From IMG/VR virus record IMGVR_UViG_3300028165_000034, positions 1 to 64,000 of that record: a stretch of DNA of 64,000 nt; one strand, given 5' to 3'. This document shows positions 54,405-63,367 of the stretch, piece after piece. A program made the position numbers and the translations under genes. The notes below the pieces were generated by a model. That model had not been told where the DNA came from. It was given only the letters and a program-made list of their open reading frames with translations, and did no database searches. The number at the start of each line of letters is the position of its first letter. Positions within the stretch are counted from its first letter, which is position 1. Source of the stretch: an uncultured virus (IMG/VR IMGVR_UViG_3300028165_000034). Lineage: Duplodnaviria; Heunggongvirae; Uroviricota; Caudoviricetes.

Positions 54405-55682
54405 ATGAAACTCGCCGTATACGCAATTGCAAAGAACGAAGCCAAGCACGTCTCTCGCTGGTTTGAAGGCGTCAAGGACGCTGACGAAATCGTTGTGCTG
54501 GACACGGGCTCGACAGATGGTACCCAGCAGGCCCTCAAGTCGCTGGGCGTCAAAGTCAGCTCCATGGCATTTGAACCCTTCCGATTCGACACGGCGCGTA
54601 ACTCCGCCATGAACCTCGTCAGCATGGATGTGGATTACTGCATGTTCATTGACCTTGACGAGGTCATGGAGCCGGGAAGCATTACCAAGATCAAGGAACT
54701 GATCTCCAACCGTTCGCACCACATGTACGCGGTGCGTCTGGTCTTCCAATACGATGAAGCGCGCAAGCCCATCGTCTCCTATCTGCGCGAAGCAATCCAC
54801 ACGCGCCACGGTTTCTACTGGAAGTATCCAGTGCATGAGCTCCTCGCTTGCTACGAGAACTACACGTACAAGGAACTTCCGATCGACGTGTTCCATGAGC
54901 CAGACAACGACAAGCCGCGTTCGTCCTACCTTGAACTCCTGCAAAAGGGTGTCGAGGAGAATCCAGACGACGCACGCATGGTCCAGTATCTCGGCCGTGA
55001 GTTCATGTACCAGGGTCAATACTTCGACGCGATCATGTGGCTCAAGAAGCACATCGAAATCGAAACCCATGGTCCGTTCCGCTCTGAGTCTGCGCTGTAC
55101 ATCGCCCAGTGCTACTTCGCCATGGATGGTCAACTGGAAGAAGCGCTCAACGAATGCGAAGCGTGGCATTATCGCGCAATCGCCGAGTTCCCAAGCGCCC
55201 GTGAGCCTTTCTGTGCGCTCGCCTTCTTGTACTTCCAGTGTGGCCAATACGAGCCTTGCATTGGCATGCTCCGTAATGCCCTGCGCGTCGAGACTCAGCC
55301 TCAGGTGAGCATGATCCATCGGGATGAATACTACCAGCACTGGCCGTATCACCTGCTCGCCGTCTGCTACTTCTCTCTTGGTCAGATGACCCGGGCCAAA
55401 GAAAACATTCAACACGCAATGAAGCTGGCGCCCAAGATCGACGGCCGCCTGGCGAACGATATTGCCACAATCATGGGATTCCAAAATGCTCCTCGTCAGC
55501 CTATCGCTAGCAGCGCCGCAGAAGCGCCTGAACAAGGACGACTTCCTGAGACTGGGGACGTCGGGCCAGAAGAAGTATCTGGAGAAGTATCCCAAGAGCA
55601 AGCACCGGTTCCTGCTCAAGGGCAAGACGGTAAAGAAGGGGCACACCGAGCCAGTCAAGCAGCGTCGCCTGACGCGGACTGA
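54405..55682 (+). CDS. family 2 glycosyltransferase with TPR repeats
   Basis: IAKNEAKH, VLDTGSTDGT, FDTARN, IDLDE, VHE; TPR-like helices. Confidence 0.88.
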   Translation: MKLAVYAIAKNEAKHVSRWFEGVKDADEIVVLDTGSTDGTQQALKSLGVKVSSMAFEPFRFDTARNSAMNLVSMDVDYCMFIDLDEVMEPGSITKIKELISNRSHHMYAVRLVFQYDEARKPIVSYLREAIHTRHGFYWKYPVHELLACYENYTYKELPIDVFHEPDNDKPRSSYLELLQKGVEENPDDARMVQYLGREFMYQGQYFDAIMWLKKHIEIETHGPFRSESALYIAQCYFAMDGQLEEALNECEAWHYRAIAEFPSAREPFCALAFLYFQCGQYEPCIGMLRNALRVETQPQVSMIHRDEYYQHWPYHLLAVCYFSLGQMTRAKENIQHAMKLAPKIDGRLANDIATIMGFQNAPRQPIASSAAEAPEQGRLPETGDVGPEEVSGEVSQEQAPVPAQGQDGKEGAHRASQAASPDAD

Positions 55683-56940
55683 GTACGACGGCCTCAGCGA
55701 TAAGGCGAAAGCCAAGTACGATGAACGCTACCCAAAGAGCCGTCACAAGCCTCGCTTCAAAGGCGGCAAGGGTCGTGTGCAGGATACCAAGATCAGCACC
55801 AAAGAGTCTCGCAAGGATCGCACCAAGCGCTCCAAGGAGAACATGGCAGAGGTCGATAAGCAGCGCAAGATTCTCACCGATGACGGCGCTGGCGTTATCA
55901 ATCGCGAGTCCGTGAAGGCTCTGGAGAACATCAAGCCAGAGCACTTGAAGCGCGGTGCCAACAACATCGACGAGAACCGCGACGAGATTCACGACGTGGT
56001 CGATGCCAAGGCGAAAGACAAGCCACACCTGTTCGATCGTGGCCTGAGTGCTGTACGCGATCTGATGCAAGGTGACGCCGCATCCACGCACGACGACGAC
56101 AACCGCAGCGAAGGCGATAAGGAGACTGACCCTGATCGCCAAGCAGTAGACTCTGACGGCCAGCCAGAGTTCGACGCTGATGGCAAGCCCATCACCGAAG
56201 GTGACAAGGCCAACGACCCTGAACTTAGCGACGACGCTGATGAGGAAGAAGAGGACGAGGAGGAAGACAAGAAGTCCAAGAAGAAAAAGAAGAAGGGCAA
56301 GAAGGATAAGAAAGGCGGCAAGGGTCACAAGGACAAGAAGAAACAGCGCGATGGTAAAGCCGTGCTGGGCTTCGTTGTCAAAGCTGCCATCTTAGGTGCT
56401 GGTGTCACGATGCTTGCACTCGGCGCTGGCCCACTTGGGATGATCGTTGCACGCGGCCTGCTCGATACCTGGGAAGACTTCAAAGGCATCGCATCGACCG
56501 CGGCTGATGGTAACATGACTCCTGAAGAGCAGAACTACCAGACAGTCAACGAAATCATCACGCAAACCCAGAGCTACCTACGCAACATGGATATGGACGA
56601 CCTGCACGCCCAATCGAAGGAGATGTTCAGTGCCATCGCATCTTCTCACGTGGACGTTTACGGCACAGTGTTCAACGCAGCACTGCCAATTGTCGGTGAA
56701 CGTCCGAAAGGTATTCCCGGCAAGAGCTTCTACGGACACAGCAGCGTGGACCTGAAGACACTCGCAACTACCTTCGAGAAGGCATTGAGTTCCCAAGGTA
56801 TCTTGCGTGAGCGAGACCACGTAACCGACCCAGGTGAAGAGACCTATCTCTTCTACACATCGGGTCCTAATCGCACGATTGTTGCGGTTGGAATGAACGA
56901 AGACCACGGTCTCTACCACGTATCTTTCCTCAACTGGTGA
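55486..56940 (+). CDS. hypothetical virion protein with charged tracts and a hydrophobic segment
   Basis: Duplicated KYxxxYPKSxH, D/E then K tracts, AVLGFVVKAAILGAGVTMLALGAGPLG. Confidence 0.7.
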   Translation: MLLVSLSLAAPQKRLNKDDFLRLGTSGQKKYLEKYPKSKHRFLLKGKTVKKGHTEPVKQRRLTRTEYDGLSDKAKAKYDERYPKSRHKPRFKGGKGRVQDTKISTKESRKDRTKRSKENMAEVDKQRKILTDDGAGVINRESVKALENIKPEHLKRGANNIDENRDEIHDVVDAKAKDKPHLFDRGLSAVRDLMQGDAASTHDDDNRSEGDKETDPDRQAVDSDGQPEFDADGKPITEGDKANDPELSDDADEEEEDEEEDKKSKKKKKKGKKDKKGGKGHKDKKKQRDGKAVLGFVVKAAILGAGVTMLALGAGPLGMIVARGLLDTWEDFKGIASTAADGNMTPEEQNYQTVNEIITQTQSYLRNMDMDDLHAQSKEMFSAIASSHVDVYGTVFNAALPIVGERPKGIPGKSFYGHSSVDLKTLATTFEKALSSQGILRERDHVTDPGEETYLFYTSGPNRTIVAVGMNEDHGLYHVSFLNW

Positions 56941-56993
56941 CTCCATGCAAATCACTCTGATCCTCGCAACTGCCCTCGTATAACGGAGGCTAT

Positions 56994-57341
56994 ATGGAGC
57001 GAATCCGTTACCGCTGCGATAAAGCGGAAATGCGTAAGCCGATTGCGCTACGCAAGACCTGGCACGTTCTCCTGGGTGACAAGCAGATCGCAACGATCAG
57101 CACTCGGGAAGAGCCGTCAACCGATCATAGTCACTCGCTGCGCATCTGGACGGCTAAGGTGCACGGCGGTGAGTTTGATCCGTTCGACTTCCCGCATGTG
57201 GACGAGGACGATGAAGGTGAGAGACTGCGCCCTCACGTCACACTCGCAGGCGGACAGCCGTTTCTCATTAACCCACAACCCATGACCATGAAAGAAGCGC
57301 GGTCGTGGGTTAAGCACGTAGTCCAAAGGGGCGACCGATGA
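56994..57341 (+). CDS. hypothetical protein
   Basis: GGAGG RBS. Confidence 0.65.
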   Translation: MERIRYRCDKAEMRKPIALRKTWHVLLGDKQIATISTREEPSTDHSHSLRIWTAKVHGGEFDPFDFPHVDEDDEGERLRPHVTLAGGQPFLINPQPMTMKEARSWVKHVVQRGDR

Positions 57342-58078
57342 CACACATGGTAAGTACCAGCTTCTCGCTGGGTTTGGCGCCTACGGAAATGCACCGTGTT
57401 GCTCAGACCAAGCAAGGCCTTGAGCTGGACGCGCAACAAGCTGGCGGTGACGCTCGCGTTCTCGACGCCAACATCTGGCTGAAACAGGCAGCACCGCACT
57501 ATCGCATCAGTGAGGATATCCGCGACTACATCATCGTGGCGCTGCCCTCAATCGTTACCTCGGTGCCAAACACCAACGGTGACAGTGCGTCGTTCAAGGA
57601 GCTGACCGCGTTCAACCCTGAGTTCGGCCAGATGGCGTATCGTACCTGGGTGGGCAAGCCTACTCACGTCGAGCACGACAACAAGGATATCACCAAAGCC
57701 AAGGGCGTGATCTTCGACACGTACCTGCGCCCACTGCCACGCAACAAGAAGTTTGCGAAGCTGGTGAAACTCATGGGCTTCGACCGCACCAAGGACTCGT
57801 ACCTGGTGAACAAGCTCCTGAGTGGTGAAATCAACACCTACTCCATGGGCATGTACTACTCGTCCTACACCTGCCCAGTCTGTGGCGCACGTGTCGGTAA
57901 GGGTATCGGTGCACCATGTGTACACACCCGTCCACGTCGTCCGACCTACCAGCTGCCTGATGGGCGTCTGGCTTATCGCATGTGCGAAGGCCTGGTGGGC
58001 TTTGAAACGTCCGTAGTTCTCGACCCTGCGTATGTAGCTGCGCAGTCCGACGTGATCTGGGACTTGTCGAAACTCTGA
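57338..58078 (+). CDS. prohead maturation protease (HK97/herpes-type fold) with Cys-rich insertion
   Basis: VEHD (His), YSMG (Ser), CPVCG...CVH, FETSVVLDPAYVAA. Confidence 0.7.
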   Translation: MTHMVSTSFSLGLAPTEMHRVAQTKQGLELDAQQAGGDARVLDANIWLKQAAPHYRISEDIRDYIIVALPSIVTSVPNTNGDSASFKELTAFNPEFGQMAYRTWVGKPTHVEHDNKDITKAKGVIFDTYLRPLPRNKKFAKLVKLMGFDRTKDSYLVNKLLSGEINTYSMGMYYSSYTCPVCGARVGKGIGAPCVHTRPRRPTYQLPDGRLAYRMCEGLVGFETSVVLDPAYVAAQSDVIWDLSKL

Positions 58079-58085
58079 GGCGACC

Positions 58086-58505
58086 ATGAAACTGACTATC
58101 TCACTGAGGCGTGCAATGAAAGTTTTCCTCGGCGGTACCTGTAACGATAGCACATGGCGCGAGCGTTTGATTCCGATGTTGAACATCGACTTCTTCAACC
58201 CTGTGGTCCCCAACTGGACTCCAGAGTGTATGGAGGAGGAACGCCGCCAGCGTGAAATCTGCGACTACAACCTGTACGTTATCACTCCAAAGATGACGGG
58301 CGTGTTCAGTATCGCAGAGGTCGTGTGCGACAGCATCAAACGCTCCTCCAAGACCGTGTTCTGTGCCTTGCGCTCGGATGACGGTGCTGAGTTCTCCGAA
58401 GCTCAGTGGAAATCGCTGCAACAGGTGCGTCGAATGATCGACGAGCATTGTGCCAAAACGTGCGATAGTCTGGAAGACGTGGCCGCATTCCTGAACGGAG
58501 TGTAA
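58086..58505 (+). CDS. nucleoside 2-deoxyribosyltransferase-like protein (alternative start 58116)
   Basis: KVFLGGTC...WRE...FFNP...W...SIAE. Confidence 0.75.
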   Translation: MKLTISLRRAMKVFLGGTCNDSTWRERLIPMLNIDFFNPVVPNWTPECMEEERRQREICDYNLYVITPKMTGVFSIAEVVCDSIKRSSKTVFCALRSDDGAEFSEAQWKSLQQVRRMIDEHCAKTCDSLEDVAAFLNGV

Positions 58506-58506
58506 C

Positions 58507-58911
58507 GTGAACCGTCTCGTAGACCAGACAACCTTCTACGTACCGGGAACCATCGGTGGTGGGAACTGTGCCGAAGCTGCGTGCGCTACGCTCTTTGGCA
58601 TCCCGCTCTCCGACGTCCCGCGTTTCTACAACGAAGATGACCCAGAGCCGTCGTATCGCTACTGGCGTAACTTCGAGAACTTCTGCTTCTCGCAGGGTTA
58701 TTGGGTGGTGCGTCAAGAACGCGAACGAATCATGGAAGCCACGTATCTGGCTAGTGGTTCGTCGGCTCGCGGATGCAAGCACATGGTGGTGATGCGGAAT
58801 GGTGAGTTGTTTCACGACCCGCATCCGTCACGCGCCGGCTTGGAGAAGATCGAGCAAACTTGGCTGCTGGTGCCCCTTGACCCGATCAACTTCAAAAAGG
58901 TCACGGAATGA
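58507..58911 (+). CDS. hypothetical protein, possible papain-like (C39) fold
   Basis: GNCAEAA...HMVV...HDP Cys-His-Asp pattern. Confidence 0.5.
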   Translation: MNRLVDQTTFYVPGTIGGGNCAEAACATLFGIPLSDVPRFYNEDDPEPSYRYWRNFENFCFSQGYWVVRQERERIMEATYLASGSSARGCKHMVVMRNGELFHDPHPSRAGLEKIEQTWLLVPLDPINFKKVTE

Positions 58912-59465
58912 AAATCACCATGAGCATGAAAGCCCACGATGACAATGTGGCAGAGGCTGCCAACAAGCTGATCTTCGTACCCTACACCGGCACCAACGGG
59001 CTGTACTCTGCCGTTGATGTGGTACCAGAGTACGTGGACGCCATCCTGAAACTGGCAGACGAACTGGAGCTGAGCCCAGACGAACATGCGCTGCATTGCA
59101 CCGTCGTCTACTCCAAAGTGGCTGCTACTGCGCCGCTGCCAGAAGTGCTGGACGTTGTGCAGGCCTATAAGGACAACCAGTTCTCGGCGCTGGTCAACGC
59201 TGTCGAGTCGTGGGTTGGCCACAACGGCAAGACGTACATCGTCCTGAAGCTGGTGAGTGAGTCCGTTATCTCGCTCAACGCACGCTGCCAGCAACTGGGT
59301 GCCGAGCACACGTTCATCCCGTACAGCCCGCACATTACCCTGAGCGACGAAGTGCCTGTAGACGACGCCATGAAGGCACGGATCGAATTCGTCAACAAGC
59401 GCCTGGCGCGTAACCCTGTCCAGATCATGCTGAAAAATTTCAGCGTCGGTGATCAGGACGACTGA
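58908..59465 (+). CDS. acb1: 2H phosphodiesterase, anti-CBASS Acb1 (T4 gp57B)-like
   Basis: GLYSA, LHCTVVYS, IVLKLVS, LGAEHTF, YSPHITLS. Confidence 0.8.
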   Translation: MKITMSMKAHDDNVAEAANKLIFVPYTGTNGLYSAVDVVPEYVDAILKLADELELSPDEHALHCTVVYSKVAATAPLPEVLDVVQAYKDNQFSALVNAVESWVGHNGKTYIVLKLVSESVISLNARCQQLGAEHTFIPYSPHITLSDEVPVDDAMKARIEFVNKRLARNPVQIMLKNFSVGDQDD

Positions 59466-59475
59466 GGACATTGCC

Positions 59476-59895
59476 ATGAGCATGTTGTGTGCATCACCTT
59501 ATCGACCACCCAAGCCGATCATTCCAATCGAGACGCAACTGCCGCCTCGCTTCGGCTTGGGTGCTCTGGAAAGCTACACCAACGAGCAGATGCTGACTCA
59601 AGCCCTCAGCGAGGTGCATGAGAACGCACAGCAGTACCCGTCGTTCACTCTACCCGCAGCGCCTGACGATGGTTTCTTCTACTACATGGCGCCTGTCGAG
59701 TACGGTGCTGTGACGTTCCGTGATGCTGGTGGACTCGTCGGTGGTTGGGATGGCGCTTCGTGGCCTCTCGATGACATGGCAGACACTACTGGCCCTGTCG
59801 AAGTCATGTATCAGGGTCACAAGTACAACCTGTATCGCACCGACTGGCCTGGTAGTCGTGGCGGCACCTTCACAGTGAGCTTTGCAAATGGCTAG
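59476..59895 (+). CDS. virion protein paralogous to the C-terminal domain of the Ig-repeat protein
   Basis: PRFG...GxxTFxD...GG...YRTDW...TFxV shared with the 42389 product. Confidence 0.7.
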   Translation: MSMLCASPYRPPKPIIPIETQLPPRFGLGALESYTNEQMLTQALSEVHENAQQYPSFTLPAAPDDGFFYYMAPVEYGAVTFRDAGGLVGGWDGASWPLDDMADTTGPVEVMYQGHKYNLYRTDWPGSRGGTFTVSFANG

Positions 59896-60115
59896 AATCG
59901 ACTTTGACCTAAGCGATGGGCGCTATGAGCACAACGGGCAGCGCGTCGATGAACTCGAGGAGCCGTACGTCAGACTGCCAAAAGCAAAGGTCAAAGCGCT
60001 GCTCAAGGCCAAGCGACGTAATCGCGAAGAAGGGAAAATCTCCGAGACAGATCACACGCCCGGCAAGGTGCGCGTGACCAAGATCAATTGGATCAGTCGA
60101 ATGCAACGAACCTGA
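59888..60115 (+). CDS. hypothetical protein
   Basis: Short ORF overlapping the upstream stop. Confidence 0.5.
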   Translation: MARIDFDLSDGRYEHNGQRVDELEEPYVRLPKAKVKALLKAKRRNREEGKISETDHTPGKVRVTKINWISRMQRT

Positions 60116-60123
60116 GGTGAGTT

Positions 60124-60468
60124 ATGGAAGCAATCCCCGTAGTACGCCATGACTACCCATGTGCGTGCGGTAAGCCAGTCCCGTGTTATCAGAACCCACC
60201 GTGCACGAACCTTGTGAACGGGCCAGTTGTGTTGCCTGCATTGGGTACGGTACCGATCACCACTGAGACCATGCTGCTCTCGCAGTTGCTCAAGGAAGGT
60301 GGTGTGGTAATTAATGCGACAGCCTGTAGCGCACACGAAGTCGCTGAGGCAAAAGCGGAGGGTCGGACGTATCGCGATCCACGTGGTTACACGTTCGTGT
60401 TGATGACGCCAGAGTGGTTGGAGCATGTGCGCAAGCTGGAACGCGCCAATGCCGAACTGCTAGAATGA
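60124..60468 (+). CDS. hypothetical protein
   Basis: GAGGTG RBS. Confidence 0.65.
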   Translation: MEAIPVVRHDYPCACGKPVPCYQNPPCTNLVNGPVVLPALGTVPITTETMLLSQLLKEGGVVINATACSAHEVAEAKAEGRTYRDPRGYTFVLMTPEWLEHVRKLERANAELLE

Positions 60469-60510
60469 AAAAAGGCCACTTACTCTCAGGAGCAGGTGGC
60501 CTTTTTGTTT
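60468..60510. terminator. bidirectional terminator between convergent blocks
   Basis: AAAAAAGGCCAC...GTGGCCTTTTT. Confidence 0.85.
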
Positions 60511-61216
60511 ATCGCGCGTCTTTCCCTTCTTCGTTCAGGAACTCGCTGAGACTTCCCACATTTGGCCGACGCGTTTTGCGTATCCTGCCAGCAGCGAACT
60601 TCCCAGGCAACTCCATCCCACGACTATTCCCACGCACGTCTGCAGGCGGCTCCACGAACAGTGGCTTGCCAGCAAACTTCGGCGTCTCCTGCGTACTGTT
60701 CGGCTCAAGGATCAGTACCTTCTCCAAATCCTCACGCAGCTTCGCATACACCTCGTTGTCCATGACGATGTACGCCGTGTCCTTGTCGTGTGCAACGCGG
60801 CGCAGCGTATCGAAGTCATACACATGGCCTTCCAGATAGTAGAAGTACCGAGGGTACCAGCGCGCTGTCACGAAGTCCACAGCTTGCGGCTCAGCGATCT
60901 TCCACGCGTTCGGACCTAGCTCATGGATGACGTACTGCGTCTTGGTCGTCTCAGTGACTTCGGTACCGTCGCCAACGAAGCCCACTGGGTTCTCCGTCCA
61001 CTCGATAGCCATCCAGCCACTTTTGCGCTTACCCTCAGAAAGCTTCGCGTCCTTGTCAGTGGTGACGATCAACGTGTTCTTGCCGTTGACCTCCAGGCCT
61101 TTGAACGCATCGGCATGGAACGGATCGTTGCTGCGCTCCCAGTACGCGACGCCAGACCACAACGGAGGCGGGTTGTTTTCATCGACCAGATAGGTAATCA
61201 CGACACACCTCCCCAA
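60509..61216 (-). CDS. hypothetical protein
   Basis: Minus-strand ORF ending at the terminator; start uncertain. Confidence 0.65.
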   Translation of the reverse strand: MGRCVVITYLVDENNPPPLWSGVAYWERSNDPFHADAFKGLEVNGKNTLIVTTDKDAKLSEGKRKSGWMAIEWTENPVGFVGDGTEVTETTKTQYVIHELGPNAWKIAEPQAVDFVTARWYPRYFYYLEGHVYDFDTLRRVAHDKDTAYIVMDNEVYAKLREDLEKVLILEPNSTQETPKFAGKPLFVEPPADVRGNSRGMELPGKFAAGRIRKTRRPNVGSLSEFLNEEGKDAR

Positions 61217-61458
61217 TAGCCAGGCACCCGCTTGTAGTTGAGCGCCAGCGCTTCGCTTTCTACGATCAGGGCATCCACGTTACCGAACTGCTGCAGGATG
61301 AAGTTGTACTGGTCCTTGCCCGCGTCACGCCCAGGTGCGTAAATCTCCAGGCGCTCTTTCACTGGCAACTCCATCGACGCCCATGACGTGTGCCCTATTG
61401 CCATGATTTGCTTCTTCTCATGGCACACTGCAAACACGCGTTCTCCTTCTGCCATCAC
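61198..61458 (-). CDS. hypothetical protein
   Basis: Coupled to its neighbours. Confidence 0.65.
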   Translation of the reverse strand: MMAEGERVFAVCHEKKQIMAIGHTSWASMELPVKERLEIYAPGRDAGKDQYNFILQQFGNVDALIVESEALALNYKRVPGYWGGVS

Positions 61459-62201
61459 AGTTCTCCGTTGAGTTTGACGTAGCCGTTCTCAAAGGCCTCG
61501 GCAGGAGACCACGAGGTATAGCCATCGTCGTAGATCACATAGTAGCCGCCAGATGCAGCCGAGTGCTTCACGTACCAATCACGGCTGATCGCCACCTTCT
61601 GATCGCCTTCCAGATTGAGCTCCAGACCGCAGTCACCGATCAGGTCGACAATGCTGATGATCTTGGCACCCTTGACGATCTTGCGCGACTGATACTTCGG
61701 CAGGGTGAGCGTGGCTGCTTCTGTCCAGATGCGCGTGGCGATGTTGTAGATCACCTCGTCCTCGTAGAGGTACAGCATGGCCATGGTAGTAGGCGGTACG
61801 CGAGCGTCCAGATAGATCGGCGCCTTGTTCAGCATGCCCTTGATACGGCTGTCACTGTAGGTGACGTCCTTACCCGGGTCGTACAGGTGCGCGATAGCAT
61901 TCGAGTTTGGTCGCGTGCGCAATTCTTCCAGAGCACTTGCACCCATGAGCCATACGCGCTTCGGCTGTGTCTCGTGTCTTGGTCCTGGTACGTGACGCGC
62001 TACAGGGTTGAACGCCATGATCTTGTAGGTACTGCCGCCGAGTGCCATCTGCACTTCTTGGCTTTCGTGCTTCTCGTCCTCAAACACAAAGCCCTGGTCG
62101 CCCATCTCGGTGAGCGCACGGTGCACCTCTTCGTCCAGTGCGACGTAGCCCCAGCGCAGGTAGTTGTAGTTACCACGAGCGATAAAATGATCGAGAGTCA
62201 T
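61455..62201 (-). CDS. hypothetical protein with a conserved phage C-terminal domain
   Basis: LPKYQSRK...GGYYVIYDDGYTSWSPAEAFENGY. Confidence 0.7.
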   Translation of the reverse strand: MTLDHFIARGNYNYLRWGYVALDEEVHRALTEMGDQGFVFEDEKHESQEVQMALGGSTYKIMAFNPVARHVPGPRHETQPKRVWLMGASALEELRTRPNSNAIAHLYDPGKDVTYSDSRIKGMLNKAPIYLDARVPPTTMAMLYLYEDEVIYNIATRIWTEAATLTLPKYQSRKIVKGAKIISIVDLIGDCGLELNLEGDQKVAISRDWYVKHSAASGGYYVIYDDGYTSWSPAEAFENGYVKLNGEL

Positions 62202-63367
62202 ACGGCCACCGGTGCGTTGATTACTTTGCCTGGAACATAGCCGTCGATGGTAATGTCTTCGACCTTGAAGTCCAGAATGGAGGAGTAGCTGCGGCGTTCA
62301 ATGATGACGCGCGGCTGGGATGCTTCGTTGATTGGCGTCGCCAGTTGCTCACGCACTTGGTCAACGTGGTTGCTGTAGACGTGCGCATCACCGACGGTGT
62401 GGAACAGCTTGCCTGCCTTGAGCCCGTAGATCGCGCAGAGCATGTGGGTGAAGATGGAGTAGAACGCGACGTTGTACGGCACGCCCAGGAACCAGTCACC
62501 AGAGCGTTGGTAGAGCTTGCAATGCAGCACCAGCTCGCCAGTCGCATCGCGCTCGATACCCCACTGAGCGAGAGTGTGGCAAGGCGGCAGTGCCATGTCT
62601 TCCAGATACGCGACGTTCCACGCCGACAGCACGTTGCGCCGTGCAGCGCTATCGTCACGCTCCTTGATGGCTTTCTCCAGACGTGCGATCTGGTCAATCT
62701 CGCGGCGGATCATCAGGCGACCATCATCAGCGGTGCCCATGTGGACAAAGCCGCGCTTGCCGTACTGCTCCCATGCTGCGTTGCCGTTGTACATGACGCT
62801 CGGGTCGATCAGACGCAGGTCTTCCCAGTGACGCCACTGCACGCCATACACAGGGCCCAGGTCACCGTCGAGAATCTGGTACTGGGGAATGCCGAACTTC
62901 TTGAACAGTGCTTCCTGAGCTTCGAGGCGCACGGCATCATCGTTGTACCCTTCGGATGCAGCCTGCATTTCATCCCACTGGCTGCCCTTGAGCATACGGA
63001 AGCGCTCGCCCTGCTCCAGCATACGACCGAATACTTCGGTACCTGGCTTCACCCAGTTGTTCCAGAAGGCGACCTTGTTGTCGATCAGGAACTTCAGGCG
63101 ATTGGAGCCGCTGAGCATCCAGATCAGTTCGACGACTGCCTTATCCCAAAACACGTTCTTGGTAGAGGGCAGCATCACGGTAGCGCAGCCATCGTCGGCC
63201 AGCAGGTCATACTCGACGTTCACCACACCGAAGCGCGAGTAGGTGCCAGTGCCAGTACGGTCAGCCTTGATTGCGCCGCGTTCGAGCAGATACTCGGCTA
63301 CGGTCAGATAGCCATGCTCACCGTTGAGAGCAATTGGCATCATGTTACCGCTGGGAAGTTTGCGCAT
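62198..63367 (-). CDS. thyA: thymidylate synthase
   Basis: DRTGTGT, ELIWML, LGPVYGVQWR, MALPPCH, YQRSGD, GVPYN, GDAHVYSNH. Confidence 0.95.
   Translation of the reverse strand: MRKLPSGNMMPIALNGEHGYLTVAEYLLERGAIKADRTGTGTYSRFGVVNVEYDLLADDGCATVMLPSTKNVFWDKAVVELIWMLSGSNRLKFLIDNKVAFWNNWVKPGTEVFGRMLEQGERFRMLKGSQWDEMQAASEGYNDDAVRLEAQEALFKKFGIPQYQILDGDLGPVYGVQWRHWEDLRLIDPSVMYNGNAAWEQYGKRGFVHMGTADDGRLMIRREIDQIARLEKAIKERDDSAARRNVLSAWNVAYLEDMALPPCHTLAQWGIERDATGELVLHCKLYQRSGDWFLGVPYNVAFYSIFTHMLCAIYGLKAGKLFHTVGDAHVYSNHVDQVREQLATPINEASQPRVIIERRSYSSILDFKVEDITIDGYVPGKVINAPVAV

Noticed and set aside
62198..63367. thyA as a dCMP hydroxymethylase for base modification
   Set aside because: It retains the Asn in GVPYN that specifies dUMP; dCMP-modifying homologs have Asp
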